64,000 nucleotides of DNA from Heterodontus francisci (taxonomy: Eukaryota). The stretch is from contig NC_090382.1 in the NCBI RefSeq assembly GCF_036365525.1, positions 107,480,372 through 107,544,371 of the forward strand. The letters run 5' to 3'. Position 1 is the first letter of the stretch. Every line of letters begins with the position of its first letter. This document shows positions 13,480-25,860 of the stretch, in pieces. The notes beneath the pieces were generated by a model. It did no database searches. It was not told the DNA's origin and saw only the letters and a program-made list of their open reading frames with translations. The translations under genes and the position numbers were made by a program.

Positions 13480-13985
13480 CATCCTTCAAGGCGAAGATGA
13501 CCATGTCCATCATCTGGGGTGCTTGGTAGGGTTCCGGTGGGTACTTAGGTGACTGCTAAGGGTGATCTGTGCTGGAAGGTTCTGCTGCAAATAGTGCAGA
13601 TACCACAGACGATTGAGTTTTGGATGAGCAGCTGGCTCGGGATTTCCTCTCCCTGCGTTTTCTCTCCGCCTCTGATATGCGCTTGGTCTCGAAGGAGGCC
13701 GCATCCTTTTTTATTCATTTGTGCTAGGTGCAGGGATCCTGCACAAGCTTCCCCCAGGACTCGGGGTCGATATCAAAACTCCTAAGCAAAGTTTCAGAGG
13801 TGTCCTTGTAGTGTTTCCTTTGACTGCCATGACAGCGCACCCCAGACTGAGCTCTCCATAGAAGATTTTCTTTGGTAAGTGAGCGCCAGGCATTCTGGCT
13901 ACAGCACCAGCCCAACGCAGTAATGACTGTCTCAATATGGTGCAGGTGCTTTGCATGCCAGCTCGTGAGAGCAAGTCAGTGGCTG
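13480..13985 (-). mobile_element. RTE-clade LINE 3' fragment
   Basis: LRWAGAVARMPGAHLPKKIFYGEL...QRKHYKDT...FDIDPESW...LSSHLSTHR. Confidence 0.75.
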
Positions 13986-16744
13986 GTATTTTGTCATTGT
14001 TGTAATTCAGGAAACACAGCAGCCAATTTGCACACAGCAAAATCCCACAAGCAGCAATGTGATAATGACCAGATAATCTGTTTTAATGATGTTGATTGAG
14101 GGCATCGGGGAGAACAGCCCTGCTCCTCTTCAAAATAGTAGCTGTGGGATCTCATACATCCTCCTGAGAGGGCAGGCAGAGTCTCAGTTGAACGAATCAG
14201 CTGAAGGACGGCACTTCCAACAATACAGCACTCCCTTAGTACTGCACTGGGCGAGTCAGCCTAGATAATATGCTCAAGTCCCTGGACTGGGGTTCAAACT
14301 CAAGGCCTTCTTGACTCAGAGATGAGAGTGCTACCCACTGACCCACGACAGACATCACCTTCATTCACAATGGCTTTTGTAGAAAACATTTGACTCAAAG
14401 CCCAGTCTGGTTGAGTCATTTGTTCTGAAATGTGCAGGCTTTGTCTCTTTCCCCTGGTTTCTTGTTAATGTTACCAGGGATTACCAGAGATTGCTGGGCA
14501 CAGGAAGTGCTTCACTCTATTGTATTTTGTATGTTGCAGTTCTTTCCTTCATTAACTTCTAGGTAATTGTACCCTGACTCTCCACCAACTGCAGTTCTCT
14601 TTCATCGAATCTTACAGCTCAGAAGGAGACCATTCGTCCCATCGTGCCTGTGCCAGCTCTTTGAAAGAGCTATCCAATTAGTCCCAATTTTCCTATAACC
14701 CTGCAAATTAGTCCTCTTCAAGTTACTGTCCAATTGCCTTTTGAAAGGTCCTATTCAACCTGATTCCATTACCCTTTCAGGTAAAGTGTGCCAGATCTTA
14801 ATAATCTTCTGTGAGAAATAATTTCGCCTCATTTCCTCTCTTGTTTTTTCTGCCGATTATTTTAAATGTATGACCATTAGTTATGGGCCTACTTGCTCTC
14901 TGGAAACCCCTCACAATTTTGACTCACTCTATGAGGTCTCCCCTTAACCTTCTCTGCTCTAAGGAGAACAATCCCACCTTCTGTCATCTCTCCACATAAC
15001 TGAAGTTCTTCATCTCTGGTAAACCTCCTCTCCACTCTCTCCAAAGCCTGGTAAATATTCCAGTTGAGGATTCTTTCCTTAATTTCCTTCTCTCCCATGA
15101 CTGTCAGTGTTGCTTCCAGCTGTGATATGGTTTCAATGAACATAGGAACAGGAGGAGGCCATTCAGACCCTCTAGCCTGTTCCACCATTCAATTAGATCA
15201 TGTGAGATCTCTATTTTAACTTCATCGACTTGCCTTGGTTCCGTAACTTTTTCATGTCTTTGCCTACCAAAAATCTATCAATCTAAGTTTTGAAATTTTC
15301 ATTGGGGCATTACCATCTAGCCAAGGAGGCCTCCTTCATGTGTAGGCTTAGTCAATGAATGCCAGCAAGCTGTCTCAAGAAGAGTATTTGGCCTTGGATA
15401 GGGTGCAGAGTAGATTCACTAGAATGATACCGTGTATAAAAGGGTTAATTCTGAGGACGGGTTTCACAGACTAGGCTGGATTTCTTTTGAGTATAGGAGG
15501 CTGAAAGGTGATCTGATTCAAGCTCATTGAAATGAAAGAAAGATTCGATAAGGTGGATACAGAGAAGACATTTCCCCTGGTTGGGACAAGGGAGCACAAT
15601 CTTAAAATTAGAGCTAGACCATTTAGGAATGAAATCTGGAACAACTTTTCACACAATGGGTAGTGTAAATCTGGAACTCTCTCCCCAAAAGTTTATGGAT
15701 GTCGGGGGATGATTGGAGTGTTCAGGACTGAGATGGATAGATGTTTGTTGGGTAAGGGTATCAAGAGGAATGGAGGTCAGTCAGGTAAATGAAGTTGAGG
15801 TACAGATCAGCCATTCTATAACTAAGGAACAGAACAGACTCAAGGGGCCTTCTGGTCTACTCCTGTTACATTAGATCCCAGAAGGGTCAAAATCAGCCTG
15901 ATGGCTATCCAAAGACCCTTGGGGGAAGAAACATGTGAATGGACTTCGTTTAGTTTAGTTTAGTTTAGAGATACAGCACTGAAACAGGCCCTTCGGCCCA
16001 CCGAGTCTATGCCGACCATCAACCACCCATTTATACTAATCCTACACTAATCCCATATTCCTACCACATCCCCACCTGTCCCTATATATTTCCCTCCCAC
16101 CTACCTATACTAGGGGCAATTTATAATGGCCAATTTACCTATCAACCTGCAAGTCTTTGGCATGTGGGAGGAAACCGGAGCACCCGGAGGAATCCCACTC
16201 AGACACAGGGAGAACTTGCAAACTCCACACAGGTTGGAGGACAGAATCAGGTTTGACTGTGAAGATTAAGGGGGTAATGTAATCGAGGTGTATAAGGTGA
16301 TTAAAGGGGTTAATAAGGTAAGTAGAGAGAAACTATTTCCTCTTGTGGGGAAGTCCAGAACAAGGGGATATAATGTTAATATTAGAGCTAGCCAAGAAAC
16401 ACTTCTTCACACAAAGGATTGTGGAAATCTGGAAGTCTTTCACTGCAAAAGCTGATGAGGCTGGGAGTCAATTGGAAATTTCAGAACAGAGGCAGATAGG
16501 TTTTTGTTGGACAAGTATATCAAAGATTAAGGTAGCAAGGCAGTTAGATGGAGTTAAGATACAGATCTGATTGAACAGGCTTGAGGGGCTGAGTGGCGTC
16601 CTCCTGTTCCCATGTTCCTATGTCCTGCAGGCCAAACAAACTTGCCTGGACTCATTTTGCACACAGACCTTTTCATGATCAAAAGCAAATCTTCCAAGTT
16701 CTGAAAACAACTTGCACAGATCCTGTTTGTGGGTTTTTGTAATG

Positions 16745-16830
16745 TTAAACTGAAACAGGAAGTTGTGTGTCGGGGACTTTCCACTCCAGGTTGTTGCCAA
16801 GTGATGTGTTTCATGAAAGAGGAATGCAGT
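16745..16830. promoter_or_regulatory. Candidate distal enhancer (kB/ETS/IRF)
   Basis: AAACTGAAAC 16747-16756, ACAGGAAGT 16755-16763, GGGACTTTCC 16773-16782 and AAAGAGGAA about 16816-16824, in a non-repeat island between CR1 fragments. Confidence 0.4.
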
Positions 16831-19512
16831 AGGTGGAATCAAATTCCCAAGTACGGAGTCCAACTCTGAGGACCATGTTCATTGAATGATAGAACAAAGA
16901 AGGAGGCCATTCAGCCCATCATGCCTGTGCTGGCTCTTTGAAAGAGCTATCCAATTTGACCCCCTGATCTGTCCCCACTGCCCTGTGTTATTTTTTTTAT
17001 CCTTTTCAAGAACTTATCTAATTCCTTTGTAAAGTTACTATTGAATCTGCTTCCATCACCTTTGCAAACAGCACATTCCAGATTGCAACATCTGTTGTTG
17101 GTGGGACCGATTTTAACTCGGTCAATCTGGTAGAAGGCAGAATAGAAATATCAAATTCTGGAAATATTCAGCAGGTCTGGCAGCGTCTGTTGTGAGGGAA
17201 ACAGAGTTAATGTTTCAGGTCGATGACCTTTCCTCAAGGGGCAGGAGGGCAATGGCGGAGCTGTATTCACTGTTGCTGCACTTACAGCCCATTCTTGGTC
17301 AGATTCCGTCTGCTGCCATCTTTGCCGTGGACATCCGGTCATCATGTCTCGGTGGGTAGCTCTCTCGCATCTGAGTCAGAATGTTTTTTTATTCATTCAT
17401 GGGATGTGGGTGTTACGGCAAGGCCAGCATTTATTCTCCATCTTTAACTGCCCTTGAGGAGATGGTGGTGCTGACAACTGAGAGGTGAGGCCTTTTCAGA
17501 GGGCAGTTAAGAGTCAAACACATTCTTGTGAGATCAAGTCCCACTCCAGAGACTTGAGCGCATAAATTAAACTGATACTCCCAGTGTATACTCAGGGAAC
17601 GCAGCACTGTCAGAGGTGCCGTCTTTCAGATGAGATATTAAACCTCCATCCACTCTCTCAGGTGAACATAAACAATCCCACAGCCCTATTTAGAAGAAAA
17701 ACTGGTGGCCTGGGCCAATATTTCCCACATTGCAGCAGTGACTACATTTCAAAAGTTCTTCATTGGCTGAAAAGTGCTTTGAGATGGCCTGAGGTCATGA
17801 AAGGTTCTATATAAATGCAAGTTTGTTCTTCTTTCTTGATACGGAGTGATATCAAGATTAAAACAAATAAGTTTTACAATGCAATAGACGAGAAAGTATG
17901 ATGTGGACCCTTAAAAACAGGTGCATGTAATCTTGAAAATGAAATAAGGAAATATCAGGCTGGTTGAATAATTACCATGGAGGAAGCAGATAATGGATCT
18001 GACATTGCAGGAATAGTAACAAGGAAACGATGACCTGAAAGTCACTACAGTTAACCTCAGCAAGAAAAGCATATTAGAAAAAATAATGGCGATAAAGAGT
18101 GACAAATCCCCAGGACCTGATGGTTTCCACTCTAGGGTTCTACAGAAAGTTTGTGATGAAATTACAGATGCTTTAACCATAATCCTTTAAAGCTCTACAG
18201 TGTATAGTTTTGGTCTCCTTACCTAAGGAAGGATATAGTTGCCGTAGAGGGAGTGCAGCCAAGGTTCACCAGCCTAATTCCTGGGATGGCAGGATTTTCC
18301 TATGAGGAGAGACTGAGGAGACTGGACCTGTATTCTCTAGAGTTTAGAAGAATGAGAGGTAATCTCATTGAAGTATACAAAATTCTTACAGGGCTCAACA
18401 GGTTTGATGCAGGAAGGATGTTTCCCCTGGCTGGTGGGGGTTCTAGAACCAGAGGGCATAGTCTTAGAATAAGAGGTAGGCCATTTAGGGCTGAGATGAG
18501 GAGGAATTTCTTCACTCAGAGGGTGGTGAATATTTGGAATTGTCTACCCCAGAGAGCTGTGGAGGCTTAGTTATGAGTATATTTAAGACAGAGATCGATA
18601 GATTTCTAGATATTAAAGATATCAAGAGATACGGGGACATTGCGGAAGAATGGCATTGAGGTAGAAGATCATCCTTGATCCAGTTGAAAGGCGGAGCAGG
18701 CTCGAGGGGCCGGATGGCCTACTCCTGCTCCTATTTCCTATGTTCCTATCTTCTCTTGATTCAGGAATGCTTTAGATTGGAAAATTGCCATATGTAACTC
18801 AAATATTTAAGAAAGGTGAGAGAGAGGAACCAGGGAATTATAGATCAGTTAGTCTGGTGTCTCTAGTGGGGAAGTTATTGGAATCTATAATTAAGGACAG
18901 TGTGGCTGAACACTTATAGAAATTTGAGCTAATTACAGAGAGCCAACATGAATTTCTAAAGGATAGGCCATGTCCAATGAACATAATTGAATTTTTTGAG
19001 GTTGTAACTAAAGTAGTTGACAGGGACTGTTTAGTTTAGAGATACAGCACTGAAACAGGCCCTTCGGCCCACCAAGTCTGTGCCGACCATCAACCACCCA
19101 TTTATACTAATCCTATATTCCTACCACATCCCCACCTGTCCCTATATATTTCCCTACCACCTACCTATACAAGGGGCAATTTATAATGGCCAATTTACCT
19201 ATCAACCTGCAAGTCTTTTGGCTTGTGGGAGGAAACTGGAGCACCCAGAGAAAACCCACACAGACACAGGGAGAACTTACAAACTCCACACAGGCAGTAC
19301 CCAGAATTGAACCCAGGTCGCTGGAGCTGTGAGGCTGCGGTGCTAACCATTGCACCACTGTGGACTGTCTGTAGACTTCCAGAAGGCATTCAATACCTTT
19401 TCACATAAGAGACTGTTATCTAAAATTAAAGCTCATGGAATTGAAGACAAATTATTGACCTGGTTAGGAAACTGGTTAAGTGGTAGAAGACAGAGAGTAG
19501 GGACAATGGATA

Positions 19513-20159
19513 TGTTGGAGAAATCCAGATTATGCCAAATTGTTGAACAAATTCTCCGGACTCAGACTATGAGAATAAACACTTTATTTCATGATATCAT
19601 GGGGAGCACACCTTACCTAAAAAAAAAAAAAGAGAGAGAGTCCAATGCTTCTCCACAGAACAAAGGAAATCCACAATGGATATACAGTTACTCAGCCCAT
19701 CCCAGCTGGACACAATCCAATCAGAATGGTTATTGATTACATACATTACACATAGTACCAATTAAATTACTGATTAGGCATCATGTGGCAACGTGATCAG
19801 CTCATGCCAGCCCTGATCACCAATTGATGATCTCAGGCCCCATCAATTATCCTTGAGTCTTCCAACTGTCACTTTTAATTGGGCCTGCATTCCTGAGGGT
19901 GCCATGCAGTCTGCAGTTACACTGATAAGAGGGGCCCCTCTCGGTGTCTGTGTTATGCTGTACCAGGCTCAAACTGCAAGCTAACTAACCTGTCCCACAA
20001 TGCCTCGGGTAAATACTCCATTTTGTACCAATATGTAGCTATACTTTCAACTTATATATGAGAGTATATATATATATACACATATATTCACTAGGATTAT
20101 ATTAATCTACTTACTCAAATAACAGTTATAGAAGCAAAGCTCAGAAAACTTCTCCCACA
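19513..20159. mobile_element. Solo LTR inserted in CR1
   Basis: TG...CA ends with 9/10 inverted termini (tgttggagaa / ttctcccaca); flanks ggata and gggta form a near-perfect 5-bp TSD; the CR1 resumes on both sides. Confidence 0.6.
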
Positions 20160-20945
20160 GGGTATGTACTCAAATTGGAAGGAAGTCACTATTGATGTCC
20201 AATAAGGATCTTGTACTGGTGCCTCAGCTATTCACTATAGTTATTAATGACAGAGACAACACAATAGAGAGCCACATATACACATCTGCTAATGACACAA
20301 AGATTGGTAGCATGGTAAGTAGTGTAGTCGGGAGAATTAAATTACAAAGAAGTATTGATGGGATACGTGAGTGGCAAAACTGTGACAAATGGATTTCAAA
20401 TCAGGTCAGTGTGAGGTCTTCCATTTTGGACCAAAAAGAATACATCAATGTATTACTTAAATGATAAAAAGCTAGGAACAGTTTAGAGATTTAGTTGGTC
20501 CATGTGCACAGAACATTAAAATACTTTAGTCAGGTACAAAAAAAAATCAAAAAGGCCAGTAGAATGTTAGCCTTCAGAGGGTTGAAATATAACTACAGCT
20601 ATACAAAGCCCTGGTCAGACCACAGCTGCAATACTGTGTACAATTCTAGGCATCGGACCTTAGAAAATAAATATTGACCTTGGAAGGAGTGCAGTGCAGA
20701 TTCCACCAGAATGTTACCAGGGCTGCAGAGTTAGATTATGAGGATAGATTACGCAAACTTGTATTCCCCAGAATATTGATGGTTAAGGGGTCATTTGATT
20801 GATGTTTTTAGCATTTTGAAAGCAACTGATAGGATAGTTAGAAAGAAACTTTTTCTGCTGGTATGAGAGTCTAGGACAAGGGGACATAACCTTAAAATCA
20901 GAGCCAGGTCATTCAGGAGAGAAGTTAGGAAACACTTTGTCATAT

Positions 20946-21270
20946 AGGGTGGCACAGTGGCGCAGTGGTTAGCACTGCAGCCTCACAGCTCCAGCGACCC
21001 GGGTTCAATTCTGGGTACTGCCTGTGCGGAGTTTGCAAGTTCTCCCTGTGACCGCGTGGGTTTTCGCCGGGTGCTCCGGTTTCCTCCCACAGCCAAAGAC
21101 TTGCAGGTTGATAGGTAAATTGGCCATTATAATTTGCCCCTCGTATAGGTCGGGGAAGGTGGGGATGTGGTAGGAATATAGGATTAGTATAAATGGGTGG
21201 TTGATGGTCGGCACAGACTCGGTGCGCCGAAGAGCCTGTTTCAGTGCTGTATCTCGAAATTAAAATAAAA
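20946..21270 (+). mobile_element. V-domain tRNA SINE (HE1-like) with CR1-type tail, full length
   Basis: A box TGGCGCAGTGG, B box GGTTCAATTC, V-core gtgcggagtttgcaagttctccc...gggtgctccggtttcctcccaca. Near-identical minus-strand copies at about 15948-16230, 19030-19360 and 33700-34015. Confidence 0.8.
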
Positions 21271-21771
21271 TAAAGGATGGTAGAAGTGTGGAACTCTCAC
21301 AAAAAGCAGTAAATGCTGGCTCAAGTAATAATTTTGATGCTGAGATCAATAGATATTTGCTGGCCAATGGTAAAAAGGGAAATGGAGTCAAGGCGGGTGG
21401 AATAGAGTTAAGATGCAGATCAACCATGATCTTATTGAATGGTGGAATAGGCTTGAGGGGCTGAATGGCCTACTCCTGCTCCTATATTCTTTCTTTCTCA
21501 TTGCTACATGCGAATTGGGGTTATGTAATCCTGGACCAAGTGCAAGGACTCTCTAGCAGTAGTGGGCAAGAGAGACAAGGGCCGCTAAGGTATGTCCAGA
21601 ATTATATTGATGGGCCAGGGAGAAGCATTAGTCCTCCAAGGTCCTTAAAAATATTGTGGGTCACTGTGCCCTTTTCCAGGCTTTCTTCCCCTGTCTTCAC
21701 TATCAGCCCTGTGCACCATCATCCTACCCCTCATCGCCAGATCAATACTGTGAGGGCCTGGAATTGGCCAG

Positions 21772-23440
21772 TGTTATGACCAGGTGTGAAAGGAGTCTAG
21801 GGTTCCCTTTCAGCCTTCACCTGGTCTTACTATAACAGGGTTTAATTTTAAACACACCGTGTTTTTTAGCTCCCCCTTGATGAATCCTTGTTCACCGCTT
21901 TCCAATTATAAGGCAAAGAAATGAGCACAAACAGGCTTTCTTAGGTTGAAAGAAGAAAAGTTGAAATTTATTAAACTTAAATATAAACTCTAATTCGGTT
22001 GATGCCTACAGATACATGCCGCGCCCCACGCTAGCATGCATACGTGATACTCGCATGCAAATAGAGACAGAAAAGAGCCGAACAAAAATAAAGTGGAAAG
22101 GTTTGAGGCAATATCTGAAGAGTATTTGTTATGGTTCTTTGAGCTCATTGTAGAGTCCTTGATTGTAGGGAGATCTTGCTTTTCGTTGGGGCCCAGTATT
22201 CTTCTTAAACCTTGTTCACTGTAGGAGACTTTTCTCTCTTGGGATTCATGGGCTAGATTTTACATTGGGCGGTCAGGAGCTGGTCACCGACGTAAAAGCC
22301 AGTGGCGGACCTGATTCTGCCTAGCCTGGGGATCCGTCCTGCATTTTACAGATCCCCAGGCTTTAATTGTTCCGAGGAAGGAAGTCCCACCTCAATGAGC
22401 TGCCGGCCAATCAGCGGGCCGGCAGCTCTTAGTCCCAGCAGCACCACTGGGTGTGGTGGTCACTGCTGGGACTGCAGCCCAGCCGAGGATATGGAGCCAG
22501 GAGTCCAGGTAGGTTTGGGTTGCCAAGCTGGGGGTCATCGGTCGGGCCCTGACAAGGCAAGGGTGGTCGTTTGGGCGGGAAGGGGCTCATCCTGGGTCCT
22601 GGGGTGGTTGGGGAAGCAGGGGCGGCCCTCAATTGGGCACCCTGCGCCCAATTATCAGGGTCACCCCCGGGGCGTGGAGAGGCCAACAGCTTTTCCCGGG
22701 CGGCCTTTCCCAGCTCCAGGGCTCCTGCTTGCCACGCGTAAAATCTGTGTGGAGGCGGGCGAAGGCCCTTAGGTGGCTAGTAGTTGGCAACGTAAGCACC
22801 TTGATTGGCCTGGGGGGGTGGGGGAGTGGCCCATTTTTTGCCCACCCCCCCGCCCTACGTAAAGTGGGGTGGAGGCGGAAGCGGGTAGGGAAGGTCTCCT
22901 GGAGCCTCCCGCTCCATTTTACGCCACCCCCCACCCCATCCGGCTCGTTGGGGTGGCGTAAAATTCCAGTCCATGTGTCTTCAGTGGATTCAGAGGCTTG
23001 TGAGAAAGAGGTGGGAGCAAGCAGACAGGAGAGGCTGTGGCGAGCAAGCCAGCAGAGATCTTCTCAGTCCAGGAACATTCTGCTTTCTGCCCAAACTGTG
23101 TTGTACAATTTCAAAAAACTCAGGTTGCCCAGCAGGTTAGTCATGTGACTAGCTGGTTTGACCATGTCTGTTTGTGTATTTGGCCATCTTAGCAGTCAAC
23201 CTGGATTGCGAGCTCCCCCACCTTCATCGTCTGGTGATCAAAAGTCCATTGTGGATTGATTGTGTCAGGGAATGGCTGCTTTGCCCTTCCAAACACTGTC
23301 TGTTAATATGCAAATGTCTTTTCCAGCCACGGCTGATCTGTTTAACGAGTCTTCTTCACTCCAGTAACTGTTTAAAATCAATGTTCGTGACAAAGTTAAT
23401 GTGCCTCATTCTTGGCAGGTGGGGGCCGAGCATGACTACA
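21772..23440. mobile_element. Solo LTR-like element carrying a nested MITE
   Basis: Starts TGTTATGACC, ends ...catgactaCA; sequence is continuous across the 22250-22972 insertion. Confidence 0.5.
22250..22972. mobile_element. GC-rich Harbinger-type MITE
   Basis: Imperfect terminal inverted repeats gggctagattttac / gtaaaattccagtcc and a 3-bp TSD (cat or atg). Confidence 0.55.
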
Positions 23441-23444
23441 GTTA

Positions 23445-24700
23445 TAGTGGGATTCCCAATTGTAATGCTGTTATTTCACCTCCTATGTTCCTCAGTGCCA
23501 AGGCAGGTAAAGTCAATGTTTAATTCAGTCGGCGATAAAGGCATTAGTGTCGGTTTCCGAGTGCAGGGATCGCGATGCAATTGAGGTGACGCTGGCAACA
23601 CACAAACTTTGTGCTGCCGGCTCATCTCGATGATTGTGCCCTGCAGCCCATTGCTAAACCCGCAGCTGACTGGCTGCACGCTCAGCAGAGGACCCAGGTG
23701 CCTGAGTGTCTGGCACAAATTTCAGCTAACCTGCATTTCTTGAAGGCAGCCTGCACCTCTTCAAGGGGAGGTACATTGTGGCTGCAACACTGAGTGGAAC
23801 TGTCTCCAAAAGTGTTTGTAACAAGTCAGAATGCATAGCAATGGAACAGCAGGTCAGAGAGAATTCTCCCAGGTTTCCTAAAGAAATAGGAGCAAGTGGC
23901 CTCTGAGGTCCATGCAAGGAGTGTGGCCCCCAGGACCTGGCTGAGGTGCGCAAAAAAGTTCATTGACCTCACATGAGTGGTCAGGGTCAGTGAATGCATC
24001 TTCAAATGCCACCTCCTACCCACTGCACCACCAACCTCACACACTGCTCAATGAACCATATCCCCATCACTCACCCATCAACAATCTCTGGCAATCGGCA
24101 CTCATGCCCAACATTCAAATGTTCCACCTCATCCGCGCATATTTACCATTGCTGAAAGCCTCACACCCACATCGTGCAGCTTCCACATACTTCCAGCTAT
24201 TCAGCACATCACCCAAACTCATTGCAATGCACTCACTGGCACTCTTCCCCTCCCTTGCAGGAAAAGGTGGCATGTCACAGGAGGGAACAGCAGAGAACTG
24301 GCAGAGGATGGCACAGCCACATCTCCTGAGCACCTTGACTGCAAATTATTGGTGCAGCAGCGATTGATGCTGTTACGACCAGTGTCACTGAGAACATGCA
24401 GAATGGCAGTATGTTCCTGCCTAATGCACTTTCTCAAATCCTGCTATCTGGTATGAAGAACAAGCTCCAGATGGTGTGAGCATGGGCCTCTTCCTTTCCA
24501 CTCATCCCACCTCCCTCACCCCAACCCTTCCCCTCTGCTTTTATAGGTACTATAGAGATGGGATCAGCATGTGGTGATCATTGGGCATGAATGGGCCGCA
24601 GACAGGCCAAGGGAAGGGATAGCACCTATGTCAGCTCAATGGCGGGTGAGGTTGCACAAGAGTTCGGCTACAGAGGACTCAGATGAGGATCAGAAACTGT
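23445..24700 (+). mobile_element. Decayed Harbinger-type element with Myb-like remnant
   Basis: atggaacagcaggtcagagagaattctcccaggttt...gtggcccccaggacctgg...aaaaaagttcattgacctc, i.e. the same KKFxDL Myb motif as at about 1750-1780. Confidence 0.45.
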
Positions 24701-25860
24701 TTTAATTAATTTTTCTCTTGTTTTTGCTATCAGACAGCAGCTCTTCATTATTCTGCCATTCACACCTCCTCTAGACGCATCCTTTGTTTCTTTACTTGTC
24801 CCATGACCATTCCCTTCGTCCTTTAATCGCTACTGCCCTCCACCCTATCACAGACCTTCCCTTTCGTTCTTTTTCCAACCCTCCCCCATTTTACTTGCTT
24901 AAAACCGATTATACCTCGAAATTTTCCTAGTTCTGACAGAAGGTCATGGACCTGAAGCGTTAACTCTGATTCTCTCTCCACTGATGGTGCCTGTCCTGCT
25001 GTGTATTTGCAGCATTTTCTGTTTTTATTTCAACTTTCCAGCATCTGCAGTATTTTGCTTTTGTATTAGGTTAAAGGGGGACTCTAGCAGAATCTGTCAA
25101 GACTGTGAGTGGTCCTGACAAGGTAAATTATAACAACAACTTACATTTACACCGAACCTTTAAAGTAGCAAAACATCACAATATGCTTCACAGGAGTGTG
25201 AATCAGACTGGAGCTTGCAGCTGGGTATAAATTGGATAGACACTTGAAGGTGGGCCGAATGCCCTGTTTCTGTGCTGGTATAGTGTATGATTCCAAGAGA
25301 GTTCGGAAATATCAAAATTCAATTGAAGCTCAAAGTTACAATTTGCAAGGAATGTAAGAGGAAGAATATACTGACCACTTGGCTTTAACAAAAGGGAAAC
25401 GCTGTTTGACAAATTTATTAGCGATTTTGAGGATGTAGCTAGTCGGTTAGATAAAGGGGAACCAATAGATGTAGAATACTTTGATATCCAAAGGGTTTTC
25501 GATAGGGTGCCACACAGACGGTTAATACGCAAGATAATGGCTCATGGAGCTGAGGGTAATATATTCGCATGGTTAGATGATTGGTTAATGGACAGGAAGC
25601 AGAGATTAAGGATAAACAAGGCATTTTCAAGTTGGCAGGTTGTAACTAGTGGAGTGCCGCAAGGATCAGTGCTGGGGCCTCAGCAATTTGCAATCTATAT
25701 TAATGAATTAAACAAAGAGACACAGAGTGAAATATCTAAGTTTACTAGTGGGAATGTAAGCTGTGAGGAGGACACAGAGAGGCTGCAAAGAGATATAGAC
25801 AGATTAAGTTAGTGGGCAACAAGGTGGCAGATGGAGTATAATGTAGGGAAGTGTGAGGTT

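Larger units (their letters stand above)
17960..21490 (+). mobile_element. Degraded CR1 ORF2 with nested CR1, V-SINEs and a solo LTR
   Basis: Scattered RT motifs (KSPGPDG, NYRSVSL, DFQKAFN, ANDTKIG); a younger CR1 3' end at about 18200-18750 (RFTSLIPGMAGFSYEERL...). Confidence 0.75.

Noticed and set aside
20946-21020. tRNA gene (A and B boxes)
   Set aside because: It continues directly into a V-SINE core and CR1-type tail, with several copies in the window; this is a SINE head.
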